From Bacteriovoracia bacterium (GTDB lineage Bacteria > Bdellovibrionota > UBA1018 > CAIPTA01), in NCBI GenBank assembly GCA_050246755.1, contig JBFWVL010000001.1, positions 672,001 through 736,000 on the forward strand: 64,000 nt of DNA, written 5' to 3'. The notes beneath the pieces are model-generated. The model made no database searches. It worked only from the letters and a program-made list of their open reading frames with translations, and was not told where the DNA came from. Below, piece after piece: positions 18,311 through 28,809 of the stretch (the first letter of the stretch is position 1; each line of letters starts with the position of its first letter). The translations under genes and the position numbers were made by a program.

Positions 18311-19151
18311 GGCGAAGAGCCCTTCGTTCAAAAAGCTCCCCAGGCTGCGCGAAGCCCCCGGAGAGAGCGCCGGCAAAAAATCTAAAACCGCCACCGATGG
18401 CAAAGAGCGCTTGCAAAAAATCATCGCCGAGGCCGGCATTTGCTCCCGCCGCAAAGCTGAAGAGCTTATTTTGCTCGGCGAAGTGAAGGTAAATGGCGTG
18501 GTGGTAAATACCCTCGGCGCCAAGGCCGACCCGCGGGAAGACGCCATATCCGTGGAAGGAAAAGTGATCGAGCCTGATCGCGAGGATCGCCAATACTACC
18601 TGCTCAATAAACCTCGCGGTTATATCACCTCCACCAGCGATCCCCAGGGCCGCCCCACCGTAATGGAACTCATGCGCGGAATCGCTTCCCGCATCTATCC
18701 CGTAGGCCGCCTGGATTTTGCGAGCGAAGGCCTGCTTCTCCTCACCAACGATGGCGACGTGGCCCATAAGCTCATGCACCCCTCTTCGGGAATCAAGCGC
18801 ACTTACGCCGTGAAGGTAAAGGGCGAGGTTACGGACGAACAAATCAAGCTCCTGCGCAAAGGCATTCACCTTAGCGACGGCTTTGTGAAGCCCATTCGAG
18901 TGGCCCGCATCAAAGGCGAGCGCCTGATGAATAAAGAGTGGATCGAGATCGCGATCACCGAAGGCAAGAACCTGGAGATCCGCCGTCTTTTCGCGGTACT
19001 TGACCTCGAGGTGGAGCGCTTGCGCCGCATCGCGATCGGGCCGATCGAAATCGGGTCTATTCCGGTCGGGAAATTCGTGCGTTTGGCCAAATACCAGGTG
19101 GAAGAAATTTTCGCGGCGGCGCAAAAAGACCGCGAAGAGCGGGAAGAGTAA
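18135..19151 (+). CDS. rluB: 23S rRNA pseudouridine synthase, RluB-like; start uncertain
   Basis: ERLQKIIA...SRRKAE S4 domain, NKPRG, VGRLD, EGLLLLTNDG. Confidence 0.9.
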   Translation: MKRRKSYRPNQPFKHKRTATDARRATEAPRTSTKPNQEISISRQKLLDVSRLDKKATLRAKSPSFKKLPRLREAPGESAGKKSKTATDGKERLQKIIAEAGICSRRKAEELILLGEVKVNGVVVNTLGAKADPREDAISVEGKVIEPDREDRQYYLLNKPRGYITSTSDPQGRPTVMELMRGIASRIYPVGRLDFASEGLLLLTNDGDVAHKLMHPSSGIKRTYAVKVKGEVTDEQIKLLRKGIHLSDGFVKPIRVARIKGERLMNKEWIEIAITEGKNLEIRRLFAVLDLEVERLRRIAIGPIEIGSIPVGKFVRLAKYQVEEIFAAAQKDREEREE

Positions 19152-19202
19152 ACTTTTCTACGCTGGGCATATAGTTTAAGATCCAAAGCAGAGGAAACCA
19201 CG

Positions 19203-19763
19203 ATGAATAAAAATCTAAAGAGCGATCGCAATACCTTGGCCGTAGTTTGGGTAATCTTCGGAACCCTGGCCCGCCTCATCCCCCATGCTCCTAATATGAC
19301 ACCCACCACTAGCATCGCGCTTTTCAGCGGATCTCAGCTCGGGCGTGTTCTTTCTTTCGTGGTGAGCTTTCTCACGCTGATCGCTTCCGATCTTTTGCTC
19401 GCTAAAATCACGGGCTACCCGGCCTTCGGCGTCTGGTCTTTCTTCACTTATTCCGGCTTTGCCGCGATCATCGTGGCCGGCTTCTGGTTAAAAGCAAATC
19501 CATCCGCGCTCCGCACTGGCTCTTACCTCGTGGCTTCTTCTTTGGGTTTCTGGCTCTGGACAAACTTCGGTATCTGGATCACCGGCGACCACGGACTGTA
19601 CGCGCGCACCTTCGAAGGCCTAGTGGCGTGCTACGTAGCGGCGCTTCCCTTCCTCGGCAATGCCCTGGCTGGAGATTTAATTTGGGGAAGTGTATTCTTC
19701 TTGAGCTTCTACGGGGTGCGCCGCCTGGCTCCCCGTTTCGGTATTTCGGTTCAGAACACCTAA
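19203..19763 (+). CDS. Putative vitamin-uptake membrane protein (DUF6580 / ECF S-component-like)
   Basis: RLIPHAPNMTP, SDL, TNFGIW, GLVACYVAALPF. Confidence 0.7.
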   Translation: MNKNLKSDRNTLAVVWVIFGTLARLIPHAPNMTPTTSIALFSGSQLGRVLSFVVSFLTLIASDLLLAKITGYPAFGVWSFFTYSGFAAIIVAGFWLKANPSALRTGSYLVASSLGFWLWTNFGIWITGDHGLYARTFEGLVACYVAALPFLGNALAGDLIWGSVFFLSFYGVRRLAPRFGISVQNT

Positions 19764-21028
19764 GGTTTCAGCTTAATCAGATAAAGCGCGGATTTTTCGT
19801 CTTTCATTTCCACTTTACCCGCGCTTTTGTCCCAACTTCCTTCTAGGCCAAAATCATTGTCCACAATGATGGCGATCGTATCGTTGTCCACCAAATCGAT
19901 CCCTTCGGCCTTGGATTCTTTCACGCCGAGGGCGGCGAGATCGCAAACTTCCTCTTTTTCGAGAACGATCACGCCTTCTCCCAGGAGCGCCCCGGCCTTC
20001 GTGGTCTCGAGCGTTCCGCCCGGCCCCGCTAACTTCTCGGGAAGCAGCTGCAGGTTCGTGGCCTTGCCGATACGGAAGCGATAAATTTTCTTCACGCTTT
20101 TCTTACCCACTTTTCCGTTTTGCTCGATCACCAGAAACTGGCCAGGGGCTTCGTAGGCGATATCGCCGATTTTATCGGATTTTCCTGGGCCCTGAACATA
20201 TCCGTACTGGGCCAAGGTTTTTCTACCGGCGGGATCTACTTCCACCATGCGCACGAATTTCGATTTGTCCGAATTCTTCTGCTTGGGGCTGCGAGGGTTA
20301 TCTAGGGGACTCTGGAGCATTCCGTAAAGCTTGCCGTCTCCGAGAGTCACGCCTTCGAAACCACGGTTCAGGCGGATTTGTTCGAAAACTTTCGGTAGTC
20401 CTTGTCCCGGCTTCATCCTTTCGAGAAGTTTTCCTTCCGCCGAAAAAAGAGCGAGCGAGGGGCCGTATTCTTCTCCGATCCAAAAAGAACCATCGGGGTT
20501 AAGCGCGATTCCTTCGGGATCCATTCCGTAGGGATCGTAGGGCAGAGGAACGCCCTTGAGATCAACGGGCATTTCACCGCCTTCGCGATTCGGGAGTCCG
20601 CTCAAAGGCTTGCCATCGGGGCGCAACAGCGAAATAACTTTTTCCACCTCGAAGGTTCCCGCCGCTGGATCGGCCACCAGAAAAATGATCCTGGGCTGAA
20701 AGGCCGGCAATACGAAGGGCCGGGTGGTGATTCCATTTTTAACTTCCTCCGTGGCGTTGGGCCCACGATCAGAAAGCGAAAGAAAACGGAGCTTACCGTC
20801 GGGATTTTTTCCCAGAAATTTCAGGCCGGAGAATCCTCCCAGTTCGATGGCCTGGCCGGCTTCGGATACTCCTATCGAGCCGGACACTTTCAGCTCTAGC
20901 CGCTGCATCTGGTGTGGTTTCATGGCGGATGACTCCGATTTGCCCGCAGGTAACGGCCGAGGTGAAGTAACCTGATGAGCGCAGCCCGCCAGTAACACTC
21001 CAAGAATCGATAGGGGCAAATATTTCAT
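19760..21028 (-). CDS. Lipoprotein, esterase-like activity of phytase family
   Basis: LAGC, SDRGPN, DPEGI, EEYGP, NRGFEG, DNDFG. Confidence 0.88.
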   Translation of the reverse strand: MKYLPLSILGVLLAGCAHQVTSPRPLPAGKSESSAMKPHQMQRLELKVSGSIGVSEAGQAIELGGFSGLKFLGKNPDGKLRFLSLSDRGPNATEEVKNGITTRPFVLPAFQPRIIFLVADPAAGTFEVEKVISLLRPDGKPLSGLPNREGGEMPVDLKGVPLPYDPYGMDPEGIALNPDGSFWIGEEYGPSLALFSAEGKLLERMKPGQGLPKVFEQIRLNRGFEGVTLGDGKLYGMLQSPLDNPRSPKQKNSDKSKFVRMVEVDPAGRKTLAQYGYVQGPGKSDKIGDIAYEAPGQFLVIEQNGKVGKKSVKKIYRFRIGKATNLQLLPEKLAGPGGTLETTKAGALLGEGVIVLEKEEVCDLAALGVKESKAEGIDLVDNDTIAIIVDNDFGLEGSWDKSAGKVEMKDEKSALYLIKLKP

Positions 21029-21029
21029 T

Positions 21030-22955
21030 TTATTCCGTCCGGTTTCGCACGAGATCCTGCACCACCGAAGGATCGGCGAGCGTGGAGGTATCTCCTAAGT
21101 TTTCAAACTGATTTTCGGCAATCTTGCGCAGAATTCTCCGCATGATTTTTCCGGAACGGGTTTTTGGCAGCCCCGGCGCCCATTGAATTTTTTCCGGAGC
21201 GGCGATCGCGCCGATCTCTTTCCTCACCCACAGCCCCAGCTCCTTCTTCAGCTCTTCGCTGGGAGTGGCGTCCGCCTTGAGCGTAACGTAGGCGTAGATG
21301 CCTTGGCCTTTGATGTCGTGGGGGAAGCCCACCACGGCGGCTTCCGCCACCTTGGGATGCGCTACGAGGGCGCTCTCGATCTCGGCCGTACCGAGGCGAT
21401 GGCCGGAAACGTTGAGCACGTCATCTACGCGGCCAGTGATCCAGTAGTAACCGTCGGCGTCCCGGCGGCATCCGTCGCCCGAGAAATACTTGCCAGGAAA
21501 GGCGGAGAAATAGGTTTGCACGAACCGGTCGTGATCCCCATGTACGGTGCGCATCTGCCCGGGCCAGGAATCAAGAATGCAAAGATTGCCCTCGGCCTCT
21601 CCCTCGAGAATTTTTCCCTTATCATCCACGAGGGCGGGTTTTACGCCGAAGAATGGTAAGGTAGCCGATCCGGGCTTGAGCGGCATCGCCCCGGGCAACG
21701 GGGAAATCATGATGCCGCCGGTTTCGGTTTGCCACCAAGTGTCCACTACGGGGCAGCGTTTCTCGCCTACCACGCGATGGTACCAAAGCCAGGCCTCGGG
21801 ATTAATGGGCTCGCCCACCGATCCCAGCAGGCGGAGGCTCTTGCGGGAAGTTTTTTGCACTGGCGCATCGCCTTCGCGCATGAGCGCGCGGATCGCGGTG
21901 GGCGCCGTATAAAATATATTTACTTTATGCTTGTCGATCACCTCCCAGAAGCGGGAGGCGCTTGGGTAATTCGGCACCCCTTCGAACATCAGCGTGGTGG
22001 CGCCGTTGGCGAGTGGTCCGTAGACGATATAACTATGGCCGGTAACCCAGCCCACGTCGGCCGTGCACCAATAGACTTCCCCTTCGCGGTAGTCGAACAC
22101 GTAGCGATGGGTGAGCGAGGTATAGAGCAGGTAGCCCGCGGTGGTATGAAGCACGCCCTTGGGCTTATTGGTGGAACCGGAAGTGTAGAGGATAAAGAGC
22201 GGGTCCTCGGCATCCATGATCTCCGCCGGGCAGTCTTTGCTCGCCTTCCTCATTTCATCGAGAAGCCAAACATCTCGGCCTTTTTCGAAAGGCACTTCGG
22301 ATCCGGTATGCTTCACCAGAAAAACCTTTTCGATGAGCCCGCTCTTCTCAATGGCGGCGTCCACGTTCGTTTTCAGGGCGATTTTCTTGCCGGCGCGCAA
22401 GCCTTCGTCGGCGGTGATCACGAAACGGCTTTTGGAATCGGTAATCCGATCGGCCACCGATTCCGCGCTGAAACCACCAAATACCACGCAGTGAGGAGCA
22501 CCGATCCGTGCGCACGCCAGCATAGCGAAGGCCGCCTCGGGAATCATCGGCAGGTAGATAGTAACGAAATCACCTTTTTTTACGCCGGAAGCCTTCAGCA
22601 CGTTCGCCATGCGGCATACTTGCTCATGCAACTCTCCGTACGAAATCTTACGTACCGCAGCCGAAGGGGAATCCGGCTCCCACAGAATCGCCGTCTGGCC
22701 GGACCGCTTCGGCAGGTGGCGATCAATGCAATTGTAGGTAACGTTGAGCTTACCGCCCTCGAACCAACGGATTTTTACCGGGGGCTCGAAGCTCGTATTT
22801 TTCACCTTCGCCCACTTTTGGGCCCAATCGAGGGTGGAGGCCTGCTTGGCCCAAAAACCTTCGGGATCACGCATTGATTCGTCGTAGAGTTTTTTATAGT
22901 CGCCGGGGCCGCAAAGGGCTTCGAAGTTTTCCGGAATAGGTATGATTTCACTCAT
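21030..22955 (-). CDS. acs: Acetyl-CoA synthetase
   Basis: [27 protein letters not shown]. Confidence 0.97.
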   Translation of the reverse strand: MSEIIPIPENFEALCGPGDYKKLYDESMRDPEGFWAKQASTLDWAQKWAKVKNTSFEPPVKIRWFEGGKLNVTYNCIDRHLPKRSGQTAILWEPDSPSAAVRKISYGELHEQVCRMANVLKASGVKKGDFVTIYLPMIPEAAFAMLACARIGAPHCVVFGGFSAESVADRITDSKSRFVITADEGLRAGKKIALKTNVDAAIEKSGLIEKVFLVKHTGSEVPFEKGRDVWLLDEMRKASKDCPAEIMDAEDPLFILYTSGSTNKPKGVLHTTAGYLLYTSLTHRYVFDYREGEVYWCTADVGWVTGHSYIVYGPLANGATTLMFEGVPNYPSASRFWEVIDKHKVNIFYTAPTAIRALMREGDAPVQKTSRKSLRLLGSVGEPINPEAWLWYHRVVGEKRCPVVDTWWQTETGGIMISPLPGAMPLKPGSATLPFFGVKPALVDDKGKILEGEAEGNLCILDSWPGQMRTVHGDHDRFVQTYFSAFPGKYFSGDGCRRDADGYYWITGRVDDVLNVSGHRLGTAEIESALVAHPKVAEAAVVGFPHDIKGQGIYAYVTLKADATPSEELKKELGLWVRKEIGAIAAPEKIQWAPGLPKTRSGKIMRRILRKIAENQFENLGDTSTLADPSVVQDLVRNRTE

Positions 22956-23040
22956 CCTTCCATCCAAACAGGCGGAGCGCTTTCCGTCAAATCCCCCGGC
23001 AATTATTGAGTCGCTCCGGCATTCACACTACACTGTCGGA

Positions 23041-23811
23041 ATGCGCATCCTCGCCTTATGCCTATTGACCCTCTGCGTTGCCCCCTATGCAACTGGCAAG
23101 AAGCTTGCGCCGCGCCCCATTCCTGTTCCCGTTCCCGAAGACAAAATTCTAGGAAGAATTTTCGAAACTCCGGTCAAGGGAGCTATTCCCGCTTTTTTCT
23201 ATGAAGCCAAACGGACTAAAGAAGGCGCCAAAACTCTCTCCACCACCACTTACCGCGATCCCACCGGCAAAGTTTTGGTGGAAGAAACCACCACCTACGA
23301 AAATGGAAAATTGCTTCGCTATACTTATCAGCAAAAGCAGGTGAACGAATCGGGCGAGATTGATTTCCGCGACGGAAAAGTATTTTACAAATTCCGCACT
23401 CCGCACCGGGAAGACACGGACTCCGAAAGCATCGAGCCGAATATGATCGTGCCCGATATGGTGGTGGGCGTGGTGCAGGATCACTGGCAAGAACTAATGA
23501 ACGACGACACGGTGAAGACCCGCTTCCTCGTGCTCGAGCGACAGGACAGCTTCGGCTTCAAGTTCTACAAAGACCAAGAGCGAGTACTCGACGGAATACC
23601 GGTGGTAGACTTCATCCTCAAGCCGTCAAGCTTCCTGATCGCCGCCATCGCGCCCAAGATCCGGATCACGATGGAGAAGGCCGCCCCCCACCGCGCGGTG
23701 GAGATGGAAGGCGTATTGCCGATTCGCATTCCCGAGATTTCGCCGCCGCGGCAACGCTCCGACTACCGCGCCCTGGATGGCTTGCTGAAATTCGATCTGC
23801 CGAAAAAATAA
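23041..23811 (+). CDS. Secreted hypothetical protein
   Basis: Signal peptide; TTGAGT-17-TACACT promoter directly upstream. Confidence 0.7.
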   Translation: MRILALCLLTLCVAPYATGKKLAPRPIPVPVPEDKILGRIFETPVKGAIPAFFYEAKRTKEGAKTLSTTTYRDPTGKVLVEETTTYENGKLLRYTYQQKQVNESGEIDFRDGKVFYKFRTPHREDTDSESIEPNMIVPDMVVGVVQDHWQELMNDDTVKTRFLVLERQDSFGFKFYKDQERVLDGIPVVDFILKPSSFLIAAIAPKIRITMEKAAPHRAVEMEGVLPIRIPEISPPRQRSDYRALDGLLKFDLPKK

Positions 23812-24666
23812 TTACGCGTCGGGATTGAGGTCCGGCGGAATCTGGGTACTATCGTCGTCGCCCGTTTCGCTATCCTCTACGGTTTCTTCTTCCACCACCG
23901 CCGAATCCGGCGCCGTTTCCGGGACCGCTTCAAAAGAAAATGGGGTAGCTACCAGCTGTTCGTAGTCCGCCTGGCTTACGCGTCCGGTGGCCACCAGCTT
24001 GCCGAGGATAGCCCGCACAGTGGAGCGCGCGTAAGGCGTGAGCGTTTGCTTACGAAAGGAAACGCTGTATTTCTTCGGGCTGGGAAGCAGCATCGCTAGA
24101 AAAGCTCCCTCTTTGGCGCTGAGCTCGGAAGGAGATTTATGAAAGTAATATTGGCTGGCGGGGCCGATGCCATATACGCCCGGCCCGAACTCCACCACGT
24201 TCAGGTAAATTTCAAGGATGCGTTTCTTCCCCACGTGGCGTTCCACGCGGATCGCGAGCACGGCCTCCTGAATTTTTCTCCATATCGTCTTTTCCCCGGT
24301 GAGGTACACGTTCTTCACCATTTGCTGCGTGATCGTGGAGCCTCCGCGCGCGAACTTTCCTTTTTTCAGATTCGTGGTGAAGGAATCCCAGATTTGCTGG
24401 AAGTCGAAACCGTTATGCTGGTAGAACGCCCAGTCCTCGCTAAGCACGATCGCAGAAACAGCGAGCGGACTGATGGCGCCGAGGCTAGTCCAGCCGGCGG
24501 GGCGGGCCTTTTGGATCTCCGCCGTGGCCGTCTTTTCCTTCGGATCGTAGTTTACGCGCACGAAGGAAGTGCGCAGCTCCCCCACGTCGGTGAGAACGCG
24601 GAACATATGAAAGGCCAACAAGTAAAAGCCGCCGAAGCAAATTAGGAGTAGCGCAAACCGCCGCAT
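23812..24666 (-). CDS. mtgA: Monofunctional peptidoglycan transglycosylase (GT51)
   Basis: SED.AFYQHNG, GGSTITQQ, RKIQE, YLNVVEFG. Confidence 0.9.
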   Translation of the reverse strand: MRRFALLLICFGGFYLLAFHMFRVLTDVGELRTSFVRVNYDPKEKTATAEIQKARPAGWTSLGAISPLAVSAIVLSEDWAFYQHNGFDFQQIWDSFTTNLKKGKFARGGSTITQQMVKNVYLTGEKTIWRKIQEAVLAIRVERHVGKKRILEIYLNVVEFGPGVYGIGPASQYYFHKSPSELSAKEGAFLAMLLPSPKKYSVSFRKQTLTPYARSTVRAILGKLVATGRVSQADYEQLVATPFSFEAVPETAPDSAVVEEETVEDSETGDDDSTQIPPDLNPDA

Positions 24667-24748
24667 CTTAAACGGGTAACACGAATCTGGGCTTAGTCTC
24701 ACGCGAAAAATCGAAGCGGCAATCCGGAATCAGCGGTATCCTGTAGCG

Positions 24749-25918
24749 ATGGATAATATCACCCACTCCCTGATCGGTTTGGCGGCGGGCGAGGCCTGGA
24801 GCAGCGCACGCAAAAAGAAACAGGCGCCCCTCTGGATCGCCTCGATGCTGGCCAATAATATTCCGGACATCGACGTGCCACTCGGTTCCGTTTTCCTGCA
24901 GGACTCTCTCTCACGACTGCTCTCCCATCGCGGGTATTCCCATACGTTACTCTTGGCTCCCATTCAGGGACTTATCGTTTTTTTCCTGCTCTGGCTCTGC
25001 TACCGCAAACGCTCCGACTTTCCCGCGCGCGACGTGCTCGCCATTTCCCTGCTTGGGCCCTTCCTGCATATTTTCGCCGACTCCTGGAACTCCTACGGCG
25101 TCCACCCCTTCTGGCCCTTTCACAACGAATGGTTCTACGGCGATTTCGTGTTCATCCTCGAGCCTTGGGTGTGGGTGATCGTGCTGCCCGCGCTGTTCTT
25201 CGCCACCTCCTCAAAAATTCTACGCTCGGTATTTGCGGTGATCGGCGGAGGCATAGTGGCGGTCGCCTGGATCAATGATTTAGTGCCACCGCTGGTGGCG
25301 GGAATGCTTTCCATTTTCCTCGTGGGATTTTTGCTGCTTTTGCGGAAAGTGCCCTCTCCCGGAAAAAGAATCTCCTGCGCCATTTCCGCCATCGCAATTT
25401 TCCTCGGCACCTTTTCCTTCACGAGCCGGAGTCTAGCCCAACGATTCGCCCAACCGGGATTTGAACTCGCCCTCTCCCCTTACCCCGGCAATCCCTTCTG
25501 CTGGACGGCGCATTCCGCCGGCTTCATGGGCGACGAGTACCAGGCCACCGTGATGCGGTTGGCGCCCTGGCCGAAGCTCTTTCCGGTGCAGAAATGCCCA
25601 CTGTTTTTCTCTTCGGGCACTTCCGCTCCTCTCGAAAAGGTGGACCAAACGCAGTCGCCCGAGCGGATCGTGCTGGGCTTATTCCGTGCGAAGAAATCGG
25701 AGCTTGAAGCCTTAGGTAAAGATTGCCAAGGCGATGCTTTCCTCCGCTTCGCGCGCATTCCCTTCTGGAAACCCGAGGGGAGTCACTTCGTGATGGGCGA
25801 TTTACGCTTCGATCGCGGAGGAGGAAGAGGTTTTGCCACCGCGAAGGTGGACGGAGGGCCTTGCCCGGATTTCACCGGCCCGTGGATCGGGCGCTTCTCT
25901 CCCGAGCATTCGCACTAA
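24749..25918 (+). CDS. Membrane-bound metal-dependent hydrolase (YdjM/DUF457)
   Basis: MDNITH, PDID, HRGYSHT, HIFAD..NSYG. Confidence 0.88.
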   Translation: MDNITHSLIGLAAGEAWSSARKKKQAPLWIASMLANNIPDIDVPLGSVFLQDSLSRLLSHRGYSHTLLLAPIQGLIVFFLLWLCYRKRSDFPARDVLAISLLGPFLHIFADSWNSYGVHPFWPFHNEWFYGDFVFILEPWVWVIVLPALFFATSSKILRSVFAVIGGGIVAVAWINDLVPPLVAGMLSIFLVGFLLLLRKVPSPGKRISCAISAIAIFLGTFSFTSRSLAQRFAQPGFELALSPYPGNPFCWTAHSAGFMGDEYQATVMRLAPWPKLFPVQKCPLFFSSGTSAPLEKVDQTQSPERIVLGLFRAKKSELEALGKDCQGDAFLRFARIPFWKPEGSHFVMGDLRFDRGGGRGFATAKVDGGPCPDFTGPWIGRFSPEHSH

Positions 25919-26769
25919 CGCACTTTTTTGGGCTGGCAGTTCAAGCAGAAATGCGTGGAGCGCCCGGCCAACTGGATTCTTTGGATCTTCTTCCCGCAAG
26001 TGGAGCAGGCTTCGCCGGTTTTTCCGTAGACCAATAGATTCTGGGCGTATGCGCCCTTTTCGCCTTCGGCATTCACGTAGTCATTGATCGTACTACCGCC
26101 AGCAGCGATGGATTTATGAAGAAGTGTAAGGATTGCGTCCCAGAGCGCTTTCGGATCTTTCACCTTCGGAGAAGATCTCGTCGGATGCACGCCCACGGCG
26201 TGGAGCGCCTCGTCGGCATAGATATTTCCCACGCCGGCGACCGCACTTTGGTCGAGAAGAAGAGCCTTAATGGGTTTTTTCTTGGTGCGCATTGCCTGCA
26301 GAAAAACATCCAGGGCACGCTCCGGATCGAGAATGGGATCCGGCGCGATTTTCTTTTTCGCAAAATAATTCTCTTCGCTTCTCACCGCCGTAAGCGTGCC
26401 GAAGCGGCGGGTATCGATGAAAAGTACGCGGTGATTTTCGAAAATGAAACGTGATCGCACCTGCAGGCCCTTGCCTTTTTTCTGGCCGATCACTTGGCGA
26501 ACATGGGGAGCGATCGTGGGCGAGGACTGCTCGAGGAATTTCCCGGTCATTCGTAAATGCCCCACGAGAGAAAGGCCTTTTTCGAAACGGAAGATGAGGT
26601 ATTTCCCTCTCCGGGCCGTCTCGGTGAGACGGAGGTTTCGAAAGGAGACGGGCTTTACTTCCGATTCAAACCAAACGCGGGCGTCGAAAATCTCGATTGT
26701 GGAGAGCTTCTGGCCGGCCAGATATTTCAAGCCTCGCACTACGGTTTCGACTTCGGGAAGCTCGGGCAT
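25915..26769 (-). CDS. mutM: Formamidopyrimidine-DNA glycosylase
   Basis: MPELPEVE, RRGKY, HLRMTG, GVGNIYADE, C4 zinc finger. Confidence 0.96.
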   Translation of the reverse strand: MPELPEVETVVRGLKYLAGQKLSTIEIFDARVWFESEVKPVSFRNLRLTETARRGKYLIFRFEKGLSLVGHLRMTGKFLEQSSPTIAPHVRQVIGQKKGKGLQVRSRFIFENHRVLFIDTRRFGTLTAVRSEENYFAKKKIAPDPILDPERALDVFLQAMRTKKKPIKALLLDQSAVAGVGNIYADEALHAVGVHPTRSSPKVKDPKALWDAILTLLHKSIAAGGSTINDYVNAEGEKGAYAQNLLVYGKTGEACSTCGKKIQRIQLAGRSTHFCLNCQPKKVR

Positions 26770-27040
26770 GAGAAGAACCTACCTAAACGCAGATTCTCCC
26801 GCAAGGACGCATCCAGTCTCGCTGCGCGCCTCTTTTGTTAATGAAACGTAAGGAAAGAAACGCGTACCCTAACCGCTTTCGCCAGTACGATCGGGGAAAA
26901 CATCTTCACGGCTTTTTGCCACTATAAAACGCGCTAAAAAGCATAACCTGACGGCTAGACCCCAAGCCCAACAGTAACCATTTAATTTTAATGATCTTTT
27001 CAGTGAACCTGGAAACGAGCCAGTACTTAAAAATGCTTCA

Positions 27041-27090
27041 TATTGTGACAATTTGTGACGATATGTTATAAAATGCGACAGTGTGTTATA
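27041..27090 (+). repeat. Five tandem 10-bp imperfect repeats, probable operator
   Basis: tattgtgaca/atttgtgacg/atatgttata/aaatgcgaca/gtgtgttata, directly before TATAAT at 27092. Confidence 0.75.
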
Positions 27091-27116
27091 CTATAATAAG
27101 CATCTAGGAGAGACCT

Positions 27117-27530
27117 ATGCAGAAGCAAATCAGGTTCGACGACGAAGACTTTCTTCAATTAGCAGAGACGCGGGCAAATGGCGCCTACCGTAAGCCCAGT
27201 AAACAAATTCAATATTGGGCGGAGATCGGACGCAAGGTGGAAGAGAACCTTACTTTTCGCGACCTCCAGGCTCTTGCCAACGAGGAAGTAGAAGTTTTCG
27301 TGAGACCTAAACTATCCCCTCGAGTGGAACTTAATGAAGTAAGAGCCAACCTGGAAGCCGCCCGTGACTCAGGCACCCTATTAGAAAGTATCGGTATCGG
27401 CAAAGCATCCTTCGAAGCCAGCCCGGATCATCCGGATATGGTGATTCGGTTACAAAATGGGAAACGTGAGCTTGGCACCTTCGAGAACGGCGTCTTTAAG
27501 ATCGCTCGTCCCTCTAAGAAAAGTAAATGA
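27117..27530 (+). CDS. ParD-like ribbon-helix-helix antitoxin-type protein
   Basis: R.P..QIQYWAEIGRKVEEN motif; AGGAG RBS. Confidence 0.7.
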   Translation: MQKQIRFDDEDFLQLAETRANGAYRKPSKQIQYWAEIGRKVEENLTFRDLQALANEEVEVFVRPKLSPRVELNEVRANLEAARDSGTLLESIGIGKASFEASPDHPDMVIRLQNGKRELGTFENGVFKIARPSKKSK

Positions 27531-28114
27531 AGCAGCTCTGGATTTTAACCGGCGGAAATGGCTCGGGAAAATCCACCTTCTTCAAAATCATGCTTAAGCC
27601 TCTCGGCGTATCTTTCGTGAACGCCGATATGCTCGCCCTCACGCTAGGCGAGCCCATTACCGATGAGAAAAGCCGCCAGGCCCAAAAAATGGCGCTCGCG
27701 CTATTCCACGAGAAAATTTCCAAAGGCGACAACTTTTGCTTCGAAACCGTTTTCTCTCATCCCTCAAAGTTGGAGCTAATCCGGGAGGCACAGGAATCTG
27801 GATACGAAGTAACGCTCGTCTATATCCACCTCGCCAACGACTCCCTCAATCAAGCGCGGGTATACCAAAGGGTGGCCGAAGGCGGCCATAATGTGCCGGC
27901 CGACAAGATCAAATCTCGTATTCCCCGCACGATGGAAAACGTGCACCTCGCCTTGCCCATGGTTAGAGATGCCGTTCTCTACGACAATTCTTATTCGGAA
28001 TCTAACGGCGGAGCTTTTCAGGAAATCGCGCAAGTCCACCAAGGCACGGTGGTCTCGAGCATAGATCCTCTACCCGCCTGGGCCACAGAAATGCTGGCCG
28101 GGCTTTCTCATTAA
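27527..28114 (+). CDS. Zeta-toxin-like P-loop kinase (COG4185 type)
   Basis: GGNGSGKST, VNAD, ETVFS, RV..GGHNVP, DNS; 4-bp overlap with upstream gene. Confidence 0.85.
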   Translation: MKQLWILTGGNGSGKSTFFKIMLKPLGVSFVNADMLALTLGEPITDEKSRQAQKMALALFHEKISKGDNFCFETVFSHPSKLELIREAQESGYEVTLVYIHLANDSLNQARVYQRVAEGGHNVPADKIKSRIPRTMENVHLALPMVRDAVLYDNSYSESNGGAFQEIAQVHQGTVVSSIDPLPAWATEMLAGLSH

Positions 28115-28120
28115 ATAGTT

Positions 28121-28801
28121 TTATTTCGCGGGCTGCTTGGCGCGCTTCTGGGCGTCTTCTTTGATGCCGGTCACGTCGGAATCGCGGTTTCCGGGATTTC
28201 CCGTCTTAGGCATGGCAGGCGCGCCCTTAGGCGCCTGTTTCAGCGGCGGCGCGGTACCGGGAACTGACTTCGCGCCATCGAAGCCCACCGAGGCTTTATC
28301 GGTAGCGTCGCGTAGGGAGAGCGCCTGCTGGTAGACGGCTTTCGCCTGAATGATTTCTTTATCCAAGCCGTTCACGATCGGCTGCAGCTGAGGGAAATTT
28401 TCGGTGAAGCAATCGGCGCTAGGCTCTTCCTCATTCACCTCGGCAAAATCCATCATCGCTTCGCCGTAGCTGGCGATTAGCGCCGAGTTCTTCTGCATCT
28501 GGGTGATTTCCCGGTAAAGATCCTCGGCCACACTTTGGTAGGAGCTCTCGCTCGTGGACATCTGGTGCTGCTGGCGATCCTTCATGCCCTGCTGCAATTC
28601 AGCCAAGCGTTTCACGGTTTGCTCGCTCGCGCGTTTCCAGCTCTCGTGCACGGACTGGGCGCAGGCCTTGGCATGTACCACGGCCAAGGCATTTTGCGAG
28701 CATTGCCGGATTTGCGCGGATACCGCGGCTAAGGGCACGCAATCATCGGCGGCTAGGGCAGAGAAAGGAAGAATCAAGGCGGCGAAGGCAAGTTTCAACA
28801 T
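28121..28801 (-). CDS. Secreted helical hypothetical protein
   Basis: Signal peptide ALA, 4 Cys, low-complexity tail. Confidence 0.7.
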   Translation of the reverse strand: MLKLAFAALILPFSALAADDCVPLAAVSAQIRQCSQNALAVVHAKACAQSVHESWKRASEQTVKRLAELQQGMKDRQQHQMSTSESSYQSVAEDLYREITQMQKNSALIASYGEAMMDFAEVNEEEPSADCFTENFPQLQPIVNGLDKEIIQAKAVYQQALSLRDATDKASVGFDGAKSVPGTAPPLKQAPKGAPAMPKTGNPGNRDSDVTGIKEDAQKRAKQPAK

Positions 28802-28809
28802 ACTCTATC

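Noticed and set aside
19152-19202. Cobalamin riboswitch before the DUF6580-like gene
   Set aside because: Only 51 bp of intergenic space and no B12 box
27041-27090. CRISPR array or dif site
   Set aside because: 10-bp units without spacers; only a loose XerD-arm likeness and no XerC arm
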